From Folioceros fuciformis (taxonomy: Eukaryota), in the NCBI GenBank assembly GCA_049999805.1, contig JBNGIO010006317.1, forward strand, positions 711,662 to 774,143: a DNA stretch of 62,482 nt. The letters run 5' to 3'. Position 1 is the stretch's first letter; every line of letters starts with the position of its first letter. Below are positions 61,392 through 62,482 of the stretch, piece by piece. The notes beneath the pieces were generated by a model. The model was not told the origin of the DNA and did no database searches. It saw nothing but the letters and a program-made list of their open reading frames with translations. Made by a program: the position numbers and the translations under genes.

Positions 61392-61700
61392 GCTCGACCG
61401 CGGTGGCACGGTGCTCCACCTTCGCCAGCATCCAACCGGACAATGTCGTTTACCGTCTTCCAGCCTCGGCGCTGGCGCTGGCTCTGGGTCTGGCGCTCTT
61501 ATCAGCACCTATCGCTTCTCAGATATTCTGTCATTCCTTCTCAGTCTCGTGAACCCCTCTCTCTCTTCCTCTCAATCTCTCTACCATAAGCATTGTTTCC
61601 TTACTACTTACTACCTACACATCTATTCCAAATCTGAAGCACGTACATTCATCAAACTTATCAATTCTCATCATCAATCTTACACCGTACTCTAAATAAC

Positions 61701-62099
61701 ATGATCCTTTATTTCATATTACTATTATTACTTTCAAATCACATACATATGGAATCTCCTGAATTTAAATATCTTAACCATAATTGTTTAGATGAGATAT
61801 ACAACACTAATGACCCACGACTTATAATAATCAGATATAACATAATTCAAATGCTTGAAATTAAAAGCGAAATGCACATGTTAACTCCATATATTAGACA
61901 AGAAGGTTATTTCCAAGGCATTCTTCATTGCACCCCGGAGGCTATTACAATTCAAAGATGTTTAAAATGCATACAACTCATCACGACATTATTACCAGAC
62001 ACTTTATGTCTAGATTTTTCTGGTGCTAAATGTTCTTTTCAAGAATGTACATTTTATTACCGATATCTACAACCTAAAGAAGATCCACCTTGTAACTAA
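61701..62099 (+). CDS. Secreted cysteine-rich Gnk2/DUF26 (stress-antifungal)-like protein, AT-rich
   Basis: Signal peptide; GILHC-x9-C-x2-C...LC....GA.....CTFYY resembles the DUF26 C-x8-C-x2-C pattern. Confidence 0.7.
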   Translation: MILYFILLLLLSNHIHMESPEFKYLNHNCLDEIYNTNDPRLIIIRYNIIQMLEIKSEMHMLTPYIRQEGYFQGILHCTPEAITIQRCLKCIQLITTLLPDTLCLDFSGAKCSFQECTFYYRYLQPKEDPPCN

Positions 62100-62217
62100 A
62101 TAGTTTTTGGCCTTTGACCCTGCTTGGGTTGGGAGTAGAAAGGACTTTCCATGTCTTTCTCAATAATAAAAAATAATATATTTTCACTAAATAGTTTCAA
62201 CTTCCAAATAAATATAT

Positions 62218-62403
62218 ATTAGATATTATTGATAACTTTGTACTCAGGGATTAGTTCTTTCTTGTTCTTTCTTGATGATTTTGTTTTTCTCTTTTTCGAC
62301 GTCAATGGCTTATATATTAGATGTTGTTAATAGCTTTGTACTAAAGGATTAGTTCTTTCTTGATGATTTCGTTTTTCTCCTTCTCGAGGTTAATGGCTTA
62401 TAT
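62218..62403. repeat. Imperfect tandem duplication, ~98 bp period
   Basis: TTAGAT.TT.TT.ATA.CTTTGTACT.A.GGATTAGTTCTTTCTTG and AATGGCTTATATA each occur twice. Confidence 0.7.
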
Positions 62404-62482
62404 AAAGGTTGAGTTTTGACCTCAACACGTGCTTTCATTAAATTAGTGAATATAAAATAACATTATTATTATCGCTTGGATG

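Overview
This is gene-dense eukaryotic nuclear DNA from a land plant. Short introns (~80-150 bp), GC-rich genes and long-L-type PLS PPR motifs suggest a non-seed plant, possibly a hornwort (inference). There is a 100-N gap at 33036-33135. The genes I can support are: RING-H2, class-3 lipase, F-box, ferredoxin, glyoxal/galactose oxidase, a PMEI-like + tandem GH16/EG16 fusion, two U-box-TPR-SPRY genes, a solute symporter, PLATZ, a CLV1/BAM-like LRR kinase, a LYR protein, a double-domain RNase H1, an alpha/beta hydrolase, a His-rich peptide, an OSB-PDF-motif + PLS-PPR fusion and a Gnk2/DUF26 protein. One U-box gene also has an MLKL/RPW8-like N-terminus. Disrupted copies are a P450, a TPR-SET gene, a thaumatin-like gene and a third SPRY relic. 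Several tandem repeats are present. The best candidates for novelty are three domain fusions that appear only after manual splicing: 4HB-U-box-TPR-SPRY, PMEI-GH16(dead)-GH16(active) and PDF-PPR. All domain calls are motif recognition by eye; no database searches were run.
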